The notes beneath the pieces are model-generated. The model made no database searches, was not told the DNA's origin, and worked only from the letters and a program-made list of their open reading frames with translations. From positions 448,001 to 512,000 of the forward strand of contig OZ242318.1 in NCBI GenBank assembly GCA_965208105.1: a DNA stretch of 64,000 nucleotides, in the 5' to 3' direction. The stretch is from Candidatus Latescibacterota bacterium (GTDB lineage Bacteria; Latescibacterota; UBA2968; UBA8231). Positions 1 to 11,588 of this stretch are shown here, piece after piece. Positions within the stretch are counted from its first letter, which is position 1. Each line of letters begins with the position of its first letter. Position numbers and translations under genes: made by a program.

Positions 1-539
1 CGCAATTTCTGGAAATACATAAGGGAAAGATTGAGGAAACGACCTGCCTTGCCCCAATGAAGGATCAACTCATTGAGCATGATGCATCCAGCCAGGGTCT
101 TTCCCGTTCCGGGAGGTCCGAACAAAAAAAATCCGACCTGCGGCTCAGCTCCCCTGTCAACGAGGCTGGACACAAGTGGTAGAACCTTGTCCGCCAATGG
201 TACGGAGGTTCCATCCGGAGCGCTGTGGAGAAAGTCATCTTGAAATTTCCAGCGGAAACGCCCGGGGATATGGGATTCTTTGAACAAGCGTTTGGTCCTT
301 AGCAGCCTTCTTCTTGCCGATCGGCAGATGCACTCGCGACTCTTGGATTCCTCGTCCCAGTACCGGTATGGCGGGTAGCCACCACATTGACATCGGTTAG
401 TTATGCAGGAACAAAGTTTCAAATCTCCGGAGTGCCCGATTTCTACTTGGGGATCGAAGTAGATGCCCTTCCCTCCACATCTTCCACAGTGGATGACCGC
501 CCTCTTCAGTTCCTTTGGATTGGGATTGGTCCGATTCAC
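1..539 (-). CDS. DnaC/IstB-like AAA+ ATP-binding protein with Cys-rich N-terminus (runs off the window start)
   Basis: Not in the ORF track. Manual translation from GTG at 539 (overlapping the smpB stop, TAGTG) gives VNRTNP..HCGRCGGKG..CSC..CQCGG..CICR..SHIPGRF..GFFLFGPPGTGKT (Walker A). Confidence 0.8.
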   Translation of the reverse strand, partial: MNRTNPNPKELKRAVIHCGRCGGKGIYFDPQVEIGHSGDLKLCSCITNRCQCGGYPPYRYWDEESKSRECICRSARRRLLRTKRLFKESHIPGRFRWKFQDDFLHSAPDGTSVPLADKVLPLVSSLVDRGAEPQVGFFLFGPPGTGKTLAGCIMLNELILHWGKAGRFLNLSLMYFQKL

Positions 540-1018
540 TATTTTTCTTTGAACTCCCGTTCAAGGTCCCGGCGTAAATCCCGCATTGCGATTTCCTGGC
601 GTTTATCGTATTGCTTTTTCCCCCGAGCCAGAGCCAGCTCTATTTTCGCTTTCCCCTGCTTGAAATACAGCTTCGTCGGAATCAGAGTCAATCCCCGATG
701 TTCCGTACGGCCAATCAACCGTCGGATTTCGGCCCTGTGCAGGAGCAATTTCCTCGGCCGTTCGGGGTGGTGATTGAACCGGCTGGCCGCCTCATATGGG
801 CTGATATGGACATTGTAGAGGATAACCTCCCCCTCTTCCACCACCGCATAGCCGTCCTTGAGATTGGCTTTGCCCGAACGCAGGGACTTGACCTCGGTGC
901 CCTCGAGTACTATGCCCGTCTCGTAAATGTCCAGCAACTCGTAATCGCGACGCGCCTTGCGGTTCTGGGCCACAATCTTGATTCGATCTCGATTGGAACT
1001 GTCAGGTTTGCCCATCAT
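539..1018 (-). CDS. smpB: SsrA-binding protein
   Basis: [31 protein letters not shown] and GKKQYDKR motifs. Confidence 0.98.
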   Translation of the reverse strand: MMGKPDSSNRDRIKIVAQNRKARRDYELLDIYETGIVLEGTEVKSLRSGKANLKDGYAVVEEGEVILYNVHISPYEAASRFNHHPERPRKLLLHRAEIRRLIGRTEHRGLTLIPTKLYFKQGKAKIELALARGKKQYDKRQEIAMRDLRRDLEREFKEK

Positions 1019-1039
1019 CCAGGTTGTTCTTGAAAACCC

Positions 1040-1068
1040 TTGACGCGAGTAGTCAAGTCTCCTACGTT
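1040..1068 (+). promoter_or_regulatory. Putative sigma70 promoter of tRNA-Leu
   Basis: TTGACG-17 nt-TACGTT, about 40 nt upstream of the tRNA. Confidence 0.4.
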
Positions 1069-1108
1069 TCTAGAAGGCCAGTACTGCACGGATAGATCCA
1101 ATTTTACT

Positions 1109-1196
1109 GCCGAAGTGGCGAAATTGGTAGACGCGCTGCGTTCAGGGCGCAGTGGGGTTTGTCCCCGTGGAGGTTCGAGTCCTCTCTTCGGCACCA
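1109..1196 (+). tRNA. tRNA-Leu(CAG)
   Basis: Cloverleaf: anticodon stem ctgcg/cgcag around TTCAGGG, long variable arm, GGTTCGAGTCC, encoded CCA. Confidence 0.97.
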
Positions 1197-1310
1197 TGAT
1201 TCAATTGGATAAAGTTAAAGAAGGTGGACAAGCACCGGAAGTACCGGGCAAATTTCGATACCCCGACCCAATCTTTCCTTTCGCCGGAATAGGAACTAGA
1301 GGAATTTATC

Positions 1311-1691
1311 ATGGCGATTTTTCTCCATACTCGAATTCGCGTCAGCAACATGGACCACTCCATAAACTGGTACGGGAAGCATCTCGGGTTCGCCCTCAAG
1401 AGCAGATCCGACAGGTCCCCTTCCGGTAATCAGATAGCTCACCTCGAACTGCCTGGCAACCAGCACACCCTGGAGCTGACCTGGTCAGCCGAGTACGATC
1501 TGAAGGTTCCTGAGGACCTCATGCATCTGGCCATTGGGGTCCCCGACCTCATTGCCTGCTGCGATAGGCTGGAGAAGGAGGGGATCGAAATCTGGCCAGA
1601 AGGCTGGAGGGAAAAATTCGTCGAGGGCCGAAAGATGGCGTTTATCGACGACCCTGACGGCTACGAGATCGAACTGCTCGAACGCGGATGA
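1311..1691 (+). CDS. VOC family protein (lactoylglutathione lyase-like)
   Basis: FLHTRIRV, LELT, HLAIGV and FIDDPDGYEIEL metal-ligand pattern. Confidence 0.9.
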   Translation: MAIFLHTRIRVSNMDHSINWYGKHLGFALKSRSDRSPSGNQIAHLELPGNQHTLELTWSAEYDLKVPEDLMHLAIGVPDLIACCDRLEKEGIEIWPEGWREKFVEGRKMAFIDDPDGYEIELLERG

Positions 1692-1776
1692 GGGAATTCT
1701 CGAAATCCGGTTTCGTGGCGATCAATCCTGCGCCTCACCCCCACACATCACGAATGAATCAATCTGATTGACCGGG

Positions 1777-3255
1777 CTAGTTTTCCCGGGAAAATGCCGG
1801 CAGGAAATCCACGATAAAGTCCCTGGCAGTACGCCCTCCCACCAGATCGTGGTTGTGCCGCATACACCAGACTCTGAAGGCTGCCAGTAATTCATCCCGA
1901 TCCACGTCGATACCAGCTCTTTGGGCATAGGAAAGCACCATGTGCTCGTATTCGGTCTTGCGAGGCATGTCCATGAACACCTTGAGTGCGAATCGGTCGT
2001 CCAAAGCACGTTGTTCATCCAGCCGTTCAGCCTGCTGGGGGTCGAAAATCTCCGGCTGCAGGCCCTGATCCACCAAATTCGGACTGTCATCTTCCCCCTC
2101 GTCCATCTGCATCCCGCCCCATCGTTGAGTTCGAGTCCCCTCACGGTCCACCAGGTCCTTGAAATTGGAAGTGGCGTAGAAAACCAGATTCTGCGGCAAT
2201 GGATCGAGACCGCCATCGAGAACGCTGGACAGCAAATGCACTGAGGCGTCTCGGCCAACAAGGGAAATATTGTCCAGCACCCCAATGAAGTACTCCCGCC
2301 TTCGCCGCACCAAATCGAACAAATCTATCAAACGCCCATAGGTATGAGGGGATATCTCGATGCCCCTCAGGCCCCTGCCGTAATATTTTGTAATCAAGGC
2401 TCTTATCAGGGTTGTTTTGCCACACCCACGTGGACCCCAGATAAGGACGTTGTTGGCCTTGAACCCATCGAGCAGGTTCAAGGTATTGCGCTCGATGAGT
2501 TCAACTCTGCCGCGGTTGCCTTCAAGCCACTCCAGGGGAAAATGGGAGAAGCCACCTATCGGCTCCAGGACTTCGGCTTGATCAGGGGGCCTGAGGCGAA
2601 ATGCTGGGCATCCACAGAAGCTGCGGTGTCCATGTGAAAATACGAATCCGGCTAAATCCTCCACCCGATCACCCCAGTCTGCCGACCGGGAAATCCTCCG
2701 TATCAAGTCCTCTCTTTCGGCGGAGATATCCCAGGGAGGCCTGAACCCATCCGAGAGTCCCCGCACGCAGTGAGCACCGGATTCTTCCTCATGCTCCATT
2801 CCGCAAAGGCGTTCCATCCAGGTGGACCAATCGGCAACCGCGAGCTTTTGCACGATGCGTAAATCCGCCCGCATCGCCTCCACCAGCCGGGGATGCAACT
2901 CGGAGAAAGGGCGGGCTTCGGCCTGGGTCAAGAACAGGTGATCGTCACCCAGAATGAGGTCCAGGAACACTTCCTGGGGACCACATCCGGCGTTCATTCC
3001 AGACCTTACCGCTTGTCCCAGCCAGAGATTCCGCAACTTCCGGTAGGCAAGGGTGGCCTTCCGGATCGGTACTGGATTGGACTCACCTGATGCGGCCCGT
3101 TCAGAGACCTTCGAGAGGTGTCCCAGAAAGCTCTTCAACAGGGCCTTGCATTCATCCGAAAGAAGGTTACCGAGGCCGGATAACTCATCCAGGGCATTCT
3201 CTACTGCCTCGACCTCCCGGCAAACACTCCGGGCGTACTCTTTACCAACCTCCAT
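1777..3255 (-). CDS. AAA+ ATPase, DUF815-like, with long N-terminal extension
   Basis: ANNVLIWGPRGCGKT, FYATSN, ALDDRFAL and GGRTARDF, typical of DUF815 ATPases. Confidence 0.75.
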   Translation of the reverse strand: MEVGKEYARSVCREVEAVENALDELSGLGNLLSDECKALLKSFLGHLSKVSERAASGESNPVPIRKATLAYRKLRNLWLGQAVRSGMNAGCGPQEVFLDLILGDDHLFLTQAEARPFSELHPRLVEAMRADLRIVQKLAVADWSTWMERLCGMEHEEESGAHCVRGLSDGFRPPWDISAEREDLIRRISRSADWGDRVEDLAGFVFSHGHRSFCGCPAFRLRPPDQAEVLEPIGGFSHFPLEWLEGNRGRVELIERNTLNLLDGFKANNVLIWGPRGCGKTTLIRALITKYYGRGLRGIEISPHTYGRLIDLFDLVRRRREYFIGVLDNISLVGRDASVHLLSSVLDGGLDPLPQNLVFYATSNFKDLVDREGTRTQRWGGMQMDEGEDDSPNLVDQGLQPEIFDPQQAERLDEQRALDDRFALKVFMDMPRKTEYEHMVLSYAQRAGIDVDRDELLAAFRVWCMRHNHDLVGGRTARDFIVDFLPAFSREN

Positions 3256-3308
3256 TTGTAACCTTTGTATTCCGGTGACCTGCCTGCCGCAATTCCATCA
3301 CCATTCCG

Positions 3309-4721
3309 TCATTCCGACCACGACCACTCGGTCCCTTCCGGAGTGTCTTTCACGACCAGGCCAGCAGCCTCCAGTTGATCGCGCAGCAGGTCGGCGCGCT
3401 GCCAATCTTTTTTTGCCCGAGCCTCCTCCCTGCCTCGCAACAGTAGAGCCAGTTCGGACGTCAACTCGGTCTTTCGGGATTCTTCTCCCCTTAGCTCGTA
3501 AAAAATCCCCAGAACCCGGTCTATTTCATTAAAGAACTCCAACACCTGGATGGCACCCTTACCGCTAATGGAGCCCTGGTTCAATGATTTTTCGACCCTG
3601 CCCACAAGTTCGAATACTGCAGCCATTGCCCTGGGGGTGTTCAAGTCGTTGTCCAGGTGAGCTTTAAAGTCACGCCTGGCCTCGGCGACGACCTCCGTGC
3701 AGTCCTCGCCGGACGATTCAGCACCCATGCCTTTCAGCCGCTGATTCAACCTGCGGAGTCGCTGCAGAGCATTTTTGGCGGCATCCAGGGTTTCGAAGGT
3801 GAAATTCAGGGTATTCCGGTAGTGGCTCGTTATCAACAGGTAGCGATAGGCACTGTAATCGCTTGGGGTCCTGGCTATCTCCTTGAGCCGGAAAAAATTG
3901 CTCCGGCTCTTCGACATTTTCTCGCCTTTGACCATCAGCATTTCATTGTGTACCCACATCTTTACAAAAGATTTTCCAGTCATTCCTTCGCTTTGGGCGA
4001 TCTCGTTTTGATGGTGAGGGAAAATCAGGTCCACTCCTCCAGTGTGAATGTCAAAGCTCTCGCCCAGGTACTTCATGGACATGCACGAACACTCGATATG
4101 CCAACCCGGTCGACCCCGGCCAAAAGGTGAATCCCAGTATACTTCCCCATCGGTCTCGACCCAACATTTCCAGAGGACGAAGTCGCGGACATGGTCTTTT
4201 CCGTACTCGTCCGCATCCACCCGGACCCCATCCTGCATACCCGAAATATCGAGCCGGGCAAGCCTGCCGTAGTCCCCAAATTTTGCGATGGAGAAATAGA
4301 CTGACCCATTGCGCTCGTAGGCCAGACCCATATTCAACAGATTGGAAATATGTTGGATCATTTCCTCAACGTGGTCAGTTGCCCTCGGATAGAGGTCGGC
4401 TCTTTCAACATTCAAGGAATCGAGATCATGGAAAAAAGCCTTGGTATATTTTTCCGTCAGATCCCGCAACTTCACACCTTCCTGCCGTGTGCGGCGTATA
4501 ATTTTGTCCTCGATGTCGGTTATATTCATCACGTGATACACTTCGAACCCCAGGTAGCGAAGATAGCGCTTGAGCAGATCGGCCAGCAGGAAGGAGCGGA
4601 AGTTTCCAATGTGGGCATGGTCATAGACGGTTGGTCCGCAGCTGTACAGGCGCACCTTGTCCGGACGGCAGGGCTCAAAGACTTCCTTTTGTCGTGACAG
4701 CGTGTTAAATAATTTTAACAT
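3309..4721 (-). CDS. cysS: Cysteine--tRNA ligase
   Basis: CGPTVYD, HIGN, GRPGWHIECS and KMSKS motifs. Confidence 0.99.
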   Translation of the reverse strand: MLKLFNTLSRQKEVFEPCRPDKVRLYSCGPTVYDHAHIGNFRSFLLADLLKRYLRYLGFEVYHVMNITDIEDKIIRRTRQEGVKLRDLTEKYTKAFFHDLDSLNVERADLYPRATDHVEEMIQHISNLLNMGLAYERNGSVYFSIAKFGDYGRLARLDISGMQDGVRVDADEYGKDHVRDFVLWKCWVETDGEVYWDSPFGRGRPGWHIECSCMSMKYLGESFDIHTGGVDLIFPHHQNEIAQSEGMTGKSFVKMWVHNEMLMVKGEKMSKSRSNFFRLKEIARTPSDYSAYRYLLITSHYRNTLNFTFETLDAAKNALQRLRRLNQRLKGMGAESSGEDCTEVVAEARRDFKAHLDNDLNTPRAMAAVFELVGRVEKSLNQGSISGKGAIQVLEFFNEIDRVLGIFYELRGEESRKTELTSELALLLRGREEARAKKDWQRADLLRDQLEAAGLVVKDTPEGTEWSWSE

Positions 4722-4821
4722 CCCTACTTCCCTTTGTTCCGCAACAAGTTATGAATTTCACCTGATTCTGGCCGTTCAGGATGTCCGGCGCGATCGCCGG
4801 CCGTGCAGATGCTTGTGTGCG

Positions 4822-4866
4822 CACATTCAACGACCACCAACAAATTGCCGGTGGTCGTTGAATGTG
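4822..4866 (-). terminator. 17-bp perfect inverted repeat downstream of tRNA-Arg (terminator or processing hairpin)
   Basis: cacattcaacgaccacc-11 nt-ggtggtcgttgaatgtg; no clear U-tract. Confidence 0.55.
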
Positions 4867-4878
4867 GTTTCCAATATG

Positions 4879-4952
4879 TGCCCCCGCCGCGACTCGAACA
4901 CGGGACCCACAGATTAGGAATCTGTTGCTCTATCCAACTGAGCTACGAGGGC
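4879..4952 (-). tRNA. tRNA-Arg(CCT)
   Basis: Reverse complement gccctcgtagctcagttggatagagcaacagattCCTaatctgt...gttcgagtcgcggcgggggca. Confidence 0.96.
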
Positions 4953-5386
4953 ATGTCGCGTCTTACAATTCAAGGTAAGTGAGCAATCTTCGGATTCGGT
5001 TGGCCCGCAGCATGGTTTCAATATGAAAGGCTGAGTCCGCCCGATATCAGAAATTCATCAACTCCTAGAAAAATGGGAAGTTGCAAGAATTAAAAAAATA
5101 GTATATTTCCATCGTGGAGTCAATGAAACGGGATGATTGAAGCCCTGTATGGAAATTCGCCTGATACAAAAAATGCTTCAAACGGATAGATTTCTGTCCG
5201 GTTCGGAAACTGCTGGTTTTTATATATAAAATTATGGAGTTTTTAACCCGACTGCCTGTTGACTTTAGGCGAAACTACCTATAACTTTACCCCTGCTTTT
5301 TACCTCCCCCGGGCTCGGCTACGTACTTTTCAAGCCAGCCCATCACATATCGTGAATACTGCAAAAGAAATTAGATCAAGGGTTTA

Positions 5387-6043
5387 ATGCCTCAGATTTT
5401 TCCGCCCAGTGCCAACTGGGCTTCCAAAGCCAGCATCCTTGTAACACTCGTAATCGTCGGCACCTTCCTGGGAATCCTCCTCAACATCAATCGCCTGGAT
5501 TATGTGAGTAAAGTAGGGGTACCGGTGGATCAGCCCGTGCCTTTCAGCCACAAGCATCATGTAAATGGTATGGGCATCGACTGTCGATACTGCCATACCT
5601 CCGTCGAGGAGAGCGCTTTTGCAGGCATTCCCCCCACGGAAACCTGCATGACCTGTCACTCCCAGGTTTGGACGGAAGCACCAATCCTTGAACCTGTGCG
5701 CCTCAGTTTTCGCGACAACAAGCCCCTCGAGTGGACCCGGGTCCACGACCTGCCGGACTTCGCCTATTTCAACCACAGCATACATGTCAAACAGGGAATA
5801 GGGTGCCAGACTTGTCATGGCCAAGTCGATCAAATGCCGCTCATGTGGAAAGAGAATACCCTCAACATGGAGTGGTGCCTCGAGTGCCACAGGGAACCCG
5901 AGAAGTTTGTCAGGCCGCGGGAAGAAGTCTTCAATTTGGCCTGGAAGCCGCCTGGTGACCAGGAGGACCTGGGTAGACAGCTGGTCGAGGAGTACCAAAT
6001 CCAGACAACCCAGTTAACCGATTGCTCAATCTGTCATCGATGA
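5387..6043 (+). CDS. actA: Alternative complex III pentaheme cytochrome c subunit
   Basis: N-terminal TM helix and five CxxCH (CRYCH, CMTCH, CQTCH, CLECH, CSICH); first gene of the act cluster. Confidence 0.95.
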   Translation: MPQIFPPSANWASKASILVTLVIVGTFLGILLNINRLDYVSKVGVPVDQPVPFSHKHHVNGMGIDCRYCHTSVEESAFAGIPPTETCMTCHSQVWTEAPILEPVRLSFRDNKPLEWTRVHDLPDFAYFNHSIHVKQGIGCQTCHGQVDQMPLMWKENTLNMEWCLECHREPEKFVRPREEVFNLAWKPPGDQEDLGRQLVEEYQIQTTQLTDCSICHR

Positions 6044-9042
6044 AAAAAGAAAAGATCTCTCGCAAGAGTCTCGAAAATCTGACCGGAGTTCGCGCTAATC
6101 CAGCCCCGTCCGGGGGCAGGGACTATTGGCGCAGTCTAGACCAGTTGGCGGACACAGAGGAGTTCCAGGAACTGATTCGGCGTGAATTTCCGGAACAGGC
6201 ATCAGAGATGACCAACCCTGTGACCCGCAGGAACTTCCTGAAGTTGATGGGCGCTTCCCTGGCCTTTGGAGGCCTGACGAGCTGCACTATCCAGCCAACG
6301 GAAAAAATCGTTCCCTACGTGCGCGCTCCGGAGTACGTCGTTCCAGGCAGACCTTTGTTCTTTGCAACCGCCACATCGGTGGGAGGAGTTGCCACGGGGA
6401 TCTTAGCTGAAAGCCACATGGGGCGTCCCACCAAGATCGAGGGTAACCCCGGTCATCCCGGCAGCCATGGCGCCACGGATGCCATCACCCAGGCCTCGAT
6501 TCTCAACCTCTATGACCCAGACCGGTCAAAGGTGGTTAAAAACGCAGGTCGCATAAACACGTGGGGGAATTTCCTGGCCGATCTCGACCAGGCCCTGGAA
6601 ATGCAACGACTCAAAAAGGGGGCCGGGCTGCGCATTTTAACGGAGACCGTTACCTCCCCTTCCCTGGGACACCAGCTCGGGAAATTGCTCGAGGAATTCC
6701 CCCATGCCCGCTGGCACCAGTATGAAGCGGCCAACCGCGACCAGGTCCGGGCGGGTGCGATAATGGCCTTCGGTGAACCGGTCAATACCTATTTCGACTT
6801 TTCCAAAGCCGAAGTGATTCTTTCCCTCGACGCCGACTTTGCCTATAGCGGTCCGGGAAATGTGCGCTACGCACGGGATTTCGCCAATGGCCGCCGCCTC
6901 GCCTCCGGCCAGGAGAAACCCAACCGGCTTTACATGGTCGAGAGCACCCCTTCCTGTACCGGAAGCTGGGCGGATCACCGCATGGCACTTGGGACCAGGC
7001 AGATTGAATCCTTCGCCATGACCGCGGCCCACCGGCTCGGCGTCGACTCTGTTTCCGCCGGAGCCTCCATTCCGTTCCCCGACGATCAGGGCTGGATCGG
7101 ACCGGTGGTTCAGGACCTTCTGAATCATTCGGGTTCCAGCCTCGTCGTGGCCGGGGATCAGCAGGCTCCAGCGGTCCATGCCCTTGCCCACGCGATGAAC
7201 GGAGTCCTCGGGAATGTGGGCACAACCATTCACTACACCGACCCCGTCGAGGTTGAATCGGTAGACCAGGCGGAGTCGTTGGGTGAGTTGGTCGATGCGA
7301 TGCAGGCAGATCAGGTAGAGCTGCTCCTGATCCTCGGTGCCAATCCGGCCTACTCGGCGCCGGCTGACCTGGACTTTGCAGGGGCCATGCAAAAGGTTCC
7401 GTTCCGGGCGCACCTGGGTCTCTACGATGACGAGACGGCGGCTTTGTGCCACTGGCACATCCCCGAGTCCCACTTTTTGGAGGCCTGGAGCGATGGCCGT
7501 TCCTACGACGGCACCGTTTCCATCGTCCAGCCTCTCATCCTGCCGCTTTACAACAGCAAGTCATCCCACGAACTGATCGGGGCACTCATCGGCCAATCCG
7601 GGCGTCCGGTCGACGGCATTCTGCAAGAATACTGGCAAGGGCAGGACCTGACGACCAATTTCGAGCAATTCTGGAAACAGTCCCTGCACGACGGCCTCAT
7701 GGCAGACACGGGACTTCCCCCGAAATCGGTCAAATCTCCAGAATCCCTGTCCCTTCCCAGGGGAACCGGGACCCCGATGGACGAAGAAGACCTCGAGCTC
7801 CTCGTCCGGCCAGATCCCACGATTTTGGACGGACGATTTGCAAACAACGGCTGGCTCCAGGAAACCCCCAAGCCCATTTCCAAGCTTACCTGGGACAACG
7901 CCGCCCAGGTAAGCCCCGCAACTGCTTTGCGCCTCGGATTGAAAAACGAACAGGTAGTTGAACTGAACCTGGGAGACAGATCCATTGAAGCCCCCGTATG
8001 GATAGTTCCCGGCCAAGCCCACAATGTAGTCACCGTGCACCTGGGATACGGCCGCACACGCTGTGGTCGGGTCGGCAACGACCTCGGCTTCGATGTCAAT
8101 GTCCTGCGCTCGTCTTCCAGCCCCTGGAGCGCCGCAGGGCTGAAGCTTGTCAGGACTTTCTCCACCTATCCCCTGGCCTGCACCCAGGATCATCACAGTA
8201 TGGAAGGTCGTCACCTCGTACGCCACGCCGACTTGGTCGAATTCAAAGAACACCCGGACTTCGCGCACAGGGAAGTTCATGAGTTTCCCGATGAGCTGAC
8301 CCTCTACTCGGGGTTCGAGTACAACGGCAATTCCTGGGGAATGGCCATCGACCTCAACGCCTGCATCGGCTGCAATGCCTGCTCTTTGGCATGTCAGTCA
8401 GAAAACAACATCCCGGTGGTAGGCAAGGACGAGGTCCGCAATGCAAGGGAGATGAGTTGGATACGGGTTGACCGCTACTATTCCGGCGACCTGGACGATC
8501 CCGCCATTCTGCACCAGCCCGTCCCCTGCCAGCAGTGCGAGAATGCGCCCTGCGAACTGGTCTGCCCCGTCACGGCTACTTCCCACAGCCAGGAAGGCCT
8601 CAACGACATGGTCTACAACCGATGCGTCGGCACCCGATACTGCGCCAACAACTGCCCCTACAAGGTCCGTCGCTTCAACTTTCTTCAATACGCCGACCGG
8701 GAAACCGAAAGTCTGAAACTGATGCAGAATCCCGACGTGACCATCAGGTCTCGGGGCATAATGGAGAAGTGCACATATTGTGTCCAGCGCATCAACGCCG
8801 CACGCATTGAGTCCAAGAAGTCCGGAGATCCGATTGTCGATGGCCAGATTCTGACAGCCTGTCAGCAAGCCTGTCCCACCGAGGCCATCGCATTCGGTGA
8901 TATCAACGATCCGGAGAGCAGAGTCGCTCATCTCAAATCCAGTCCGCTCAACTATGGCATCCTGACCGAGCTGAATACCCGCCCTCGCACCTCTTACCTG
9001 GCAAGTGTAAGAAACCCCAACCCGGAGATTATCGAGAGCTAA
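6040..9042 (+). CDS. actB: Alternative complex III subunit B (molybdopterin-oxidoreductase-like fold fused to Fe-S domain)
   Basis: YWRSL..., Tat signal TRRNFLK, C-terminal [27 protein letters not shown] clusters; ATG at 6040 overlaps the actA stop (ATGA). Confidence 0.95.
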   Translation: MKKEKISRKSLENLTGVRANPAPSGGRDYWRSLDQLADTEEFQELIRREFPEQASEMTNPVTRRNFLKLMGASLAFGGLTSCTIQPTEKIVPYVRAPEYVVPGRPLFFATATSVGGVATGILAESHMGRPTKIEGNPGHPGSHGATDAITQASILNLYDPDRSKVVKNAGRINTWGNFLADLDQALEMQRLKKGAGLRILTETVTSPSLGHQLGKLLEEFPHARWHQYEAANRDQVRAGAIMAFGEPVNTYFDFSKAEVILSLDADFAYSGPGNVRYARDFANGRRLASGQEKPNRLYMVESTPSCTGSWADHRMALGTRQIESFAMTAAHRLGVDSVSAGASIPFPDDQGWIGPVVQDLLNHSGSSLVVAGDQQAPAVHALAHAMNGVLGNVGTTIHYTDPVEVESVDQAESLGELVDAMQADQVELLLILGANPAYSAPADLDFAGAMQKVPFRAHLGLYDDETAALCHWHIPESHFLEAWSDGRSYDGTVSIVQPLILPLYNSKSSHELIGALIGQSGRPVDGILQEYWQGQDLTTNFEQFWKQSLHDGLMADTGLPPKSVKSPESLSLPRGTGTPMDEEDLELLVRPDPTILDGRFANNGWLQETPKPISKLTWDNAAQVSPATALRLGLKNEQVVELNLGDRSIEAPVWIVPGQAHNVVTVHLGYGRTRCGRVGNDLGFDVNVLRSSSSPWSAAGLKLVRTFSTYPLACTQDHHSMEGRHLVRHADLVEFKEHPDFAHREVHEFPDELTLYSGFEYNGNSWGMAIDLNACIGCNACSLACQSENNIPVVGKDEVRNAREMSWIRVDRYYSGDLDDPAILHQPVPCQQCENAPCELVCPVTATSHSQEGLNDMVYNRCVGTRYCANNCPYKVRRFNFLQYADRETESLKLMQNPDVTIRSRGIMEKCTYCVQRINAARIESKKSGDPIVDGQILTACQQACPTEAIAFGDINDPESRVAHLKSSPLNYGILTELNTRPRTSYLASVRNPNPEIIES

Positions 9043-9043
9043 A

Positions 9044-10435
9044 ATGTCCGAAGCCGCACCCTCGTCTGCAAAGCCATATACCCCTCCGGTTCCCGAACTC
9101 GGTCCTGGCCAGACTTCGTACACGACCATAACGGACAAGATCAGCTCCATAGTTCTGACTCCATCTTCACCGCTGGCCTGGTTCGCAACCTTGGTGGTGG
9201 GGTTTTTGCTCGTTTCCATGCTCCAGATAGCGGTTGCCTATCTTCTATACGAAGGGGTGGGAATTTGGGGGATCAACATTCCCATAGGATGGGGGTTCGC
9301 CATAATCAACTTTGTCTGGTGGATCGGGATCGGCCACGCCGGCACCCTTATATCGGCTGTCCTCCTCCTGTTCAGGCAGAAATGGCGCACTTCAATCAAT
9401 CGCTCTGCAGAGGCCATGACCATTTTCGCCGTGATGTGTGCGGGCATGTTTCCACTCCTCCACACCGGGAGGCCCTGGCTTGCGGCATATTGGCTCTTCC
9501 CCTATCCCAACTCCATGGACATCTGGCCCCAGTTCCGCAGCCCCTTGATCTGGGATGTTTTTGCGGTCTCGACCTATTTAACGATTTCACTGTTATTCTG
9601 GACCATGGGGATGATTCCCGACTTTGCCAGCTTCCGGGACCGGGCAAAACACCGCATCACCCAGGTCATTTTCGGCTTTCTTTCCATGGGATGGCGTGGA
9701 TCTGCCATACATTGGGAGCGCTACGAAATGGCTTCATTGCTGTTGGCAGGCCTGGCCACGCCCCTGGTCCTCTCCGTCCACAGCGTCGTCAGTCTGGACT
9801 TCGCCATATCCATCATCCCCGGGTGGCACACCACCATTTTTCCGCCTTATTTCGTTGCCGGCGCCATCTACGCCGGGTTCGCCATGGTGCTGACCCTTTT
9901 GATCCCGGTGCGAAGGATTTACCAATTGCATGACTTCATTACCGACCGCCACCTTGAAAATATGGCAAAGGTCATGCTGGTTTCCGGCCTGATAGTTGGC
10001 TATGGCTATTTCATGGAACAGTACATGGCCTGGTACAGCGCCGCGACCTATGAAGGGTTCATGATGCAAAACCGCATGTTTGGACCCTACGGATTCTACT
10101 ACTGGTCGCTCATTATTTGCAACATCCTCGTCCCGCAGCTTCTCTGGATAAAGAAGATTCGCCTGAGCACCATGTGGCTCTTCGTCATCTCGATGTTCAT
10201 CAACGTGGGCATGTGGCTCGAGCGATTCATAATCGTGGTAACCAGTCTCCACAGGGACTTCATGCCCTCCTCGTGGGACATGTACCACCCCACCATCTGG
10301 GATTGGGCAACGTTTATCGGGACCATAGGATTCTTCCTGTTTTGCTTCGCCCTCTTCATTCGCGGACTGCCGTTAATCGCCATCCACGAAATCCGCACCC
10401 TTCTGCCCATTGGTAAAAAACAGAGCAGAGAGTAA
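9044..10435 (+). CDS. actC: Alternative complex III subunit C (NrfD/PsrC family)
   Basis: [24 protein letters not shown] and WLERF motifs; multiple TMs. Confidence 0.96.
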   Translation: MSEAAPSSAKPYTPPVPELGPGQTSYTTITDKISSIVLTPSSPLAWFATLVVGFLLVSMLQIAVAYLLYEGVGIWGINIPIGWGFAIINFVWWIGIGHAGTLISAVLLLFRQKWRTSINRSAEAMTIFAVMCAGMFPLLHTGRPWLAAYWLFPYPNSMDIWPQFRSPLIWDVFAVSTYLTISLLFWTMGMIPDFASFRDRAKHRITQVIFGFLSMGWRGSAIHWERYEMASLLLAGLATPLVLSVHSVVSLDFAISIIPGWHTTIFPPYFVAGAIYAGFAMVLTLLIPVRRIYQLHDFITDRHLENMAKVMLVSGLIVGYGYFMEQYMAWYSAATYEGFMMQNRMFGPYGFYYWSLIICNILVPQLLWIKKIRLSTMWLFVISMFINVGMWLERFIIVVTSLHRDFMPSSWDMYHPTIWDWATFIGTIGFFLFCFALFIRGLPLIAIHEIRTLLPIGKKQSRE

Positions 10436-10444
10436 ATCGCCGCC

Positions 10445-10990
10445 ATGAACAAAGAGACTTCACCTCCATTCTATGGACTCATGGCAGAATTCGAAGGGCC
10501 TGAAGACCTGCTGGCAGCGGCCAAGGGCGCCTACGACGCCGGTTATCGCAAGATAGATGCCTATTCTCCCTTGCCCATTCACGGTCTTGCGGCAGCAATC
10601 GGGTTCAAACGGACCAACCTGCCCTACGTAGTCTTCATCTGCGGCTTGATTGGTGCTATCGCGGGATACTCCTTGCAGTACTGGGTTCACGTAATCGACT
10701 ATCCCATCAACATCGGCGGACGACCACTTCACAGCGGTCTCAGCTTCATCCCGGTAACATTCGAACTGACCATTCTCTTTGCTGGTATTAGCGCTTTTCT
10801 GGGCATGTTGATCGCCAACGGGCTCCCCATGCCCTACCACCCGACCTTCAATGTCGCAAACTTTGCACGGGCGAGTCAGGACCGGTTCTTCCTCTGCATC
10901 GAAGCAGAGGATGATCAATTCGATGCGGAAGGGACCAGGCGCTTTCTCGATAGCCTGAATCCGCGCGAGGTATCTCAAGTTGAACATTGA
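10445..10990 (+). CDS. actD: Alternative complex III subunit D (DUF3341)
   Basis: DAYSPLPIHGL and FIPVTFELTIL motifs. Confidence 0.93.
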   Translation: MNKETSPPFYGLMAEFEGPEDLLAAAKGAYDAGYRKIDAYSPLPIHGLAAAIGFKRTNLPYVVFICGLIGAIAGYSLQYWVHVIDYPINIGGRPLHSGLSFIPVTFELTILFAGISAFLGMLIANGLPMPYHPTFNVANFARASQDRFFLCIEAEDDQFDAEGTRRFLDSLNPREVSQVEH

Positions 10991-11588
10991 CGCCATCCCA
11001 AAGTCTCTTAGTAGAACAATTCAGATTTGCGGAAGCATGTCGCTCCTTCTGCTTCTCGCTACTGGATGTGAGCTGCGCCAGAGGATGTTCGACCAACCCA
11101 AGTACGAACCCCTGGAAAGATCGACCTTCTTTGCCGATGGTCTCTCGGCGCGTCAGCCCGTTCCAGGGACCGTAGCACGCGGTCAACTGCGTCTCGATAC
11201 ACACCTTTACCTTGGAACCATCGAGGGAGAACTTGCCGAGACCCTTCCGACCAGCATCGAACTCGACTACGAATTGTTGAAAAGAGGACGGCAACGCTAC
11301 GACATCTTTTGTGCACCCTGTCATGATCGCACAGGCCGGGGAAACGGCATGATCGTCCAGCGCGGCCTCAAGCAACCTCCTTCCATGCATGAGGACCGCC
11401 TGCGGGAAGCTCCCATCGGACACTTTTTTGACGTAATGACCAATGGGTTCGGCGTAATGTACAGCTACTCCTCCCGCATTCCCGCGGAGGACAGGTGGGC
11501 TATTGGGGCCTATATAAGGGCCCTGCAGTTCAGCCAGAATGCGGAGTTCGACCAATTGCCAGCGGAAGACCAAAGGCAACTTCAATGA
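10980..11588 (+). CDS. actE: Alternative complex III monoheme lipoprotein subunit E (start may be 11037)
   Basis: Lipobox LATGC, MFDQPKY and CAPCH heme motif. Confidence 0.92.
   Translation: MNIDAIPKSLSRTIQICGSMSLLLLLATGCELRQRMFDQPKYEPLERSTFFADGLSARQPVPGTVARGQLRLDTHLYLGTIEGELAETLPTSIELDYELLKRGRQRYDIFCAPCHDRTGRGNGMIVQRGLKQPPSMHEDRLREAPIGHFFDVMTNGFGVMYSYSSRIPAEDRWAIGAYIRALQFSQNAEFDQLPAEDQRQLQ

Noticed and set aside
1015-1429. Short ORFs over tRNA-Leu, and a possible tmRNA next to smpB
   Set aside because: The ORFs are translations of the tRNA region; the RNA is an 88-nt Leu tRNA with no tag-peptide ORF or tmRNA ends.
6040-9042. ActB as a catalytic molybdoenzyme
   Set aside because: Context and motifs match the cofactor-less ActB scaffold of alternative complex III.
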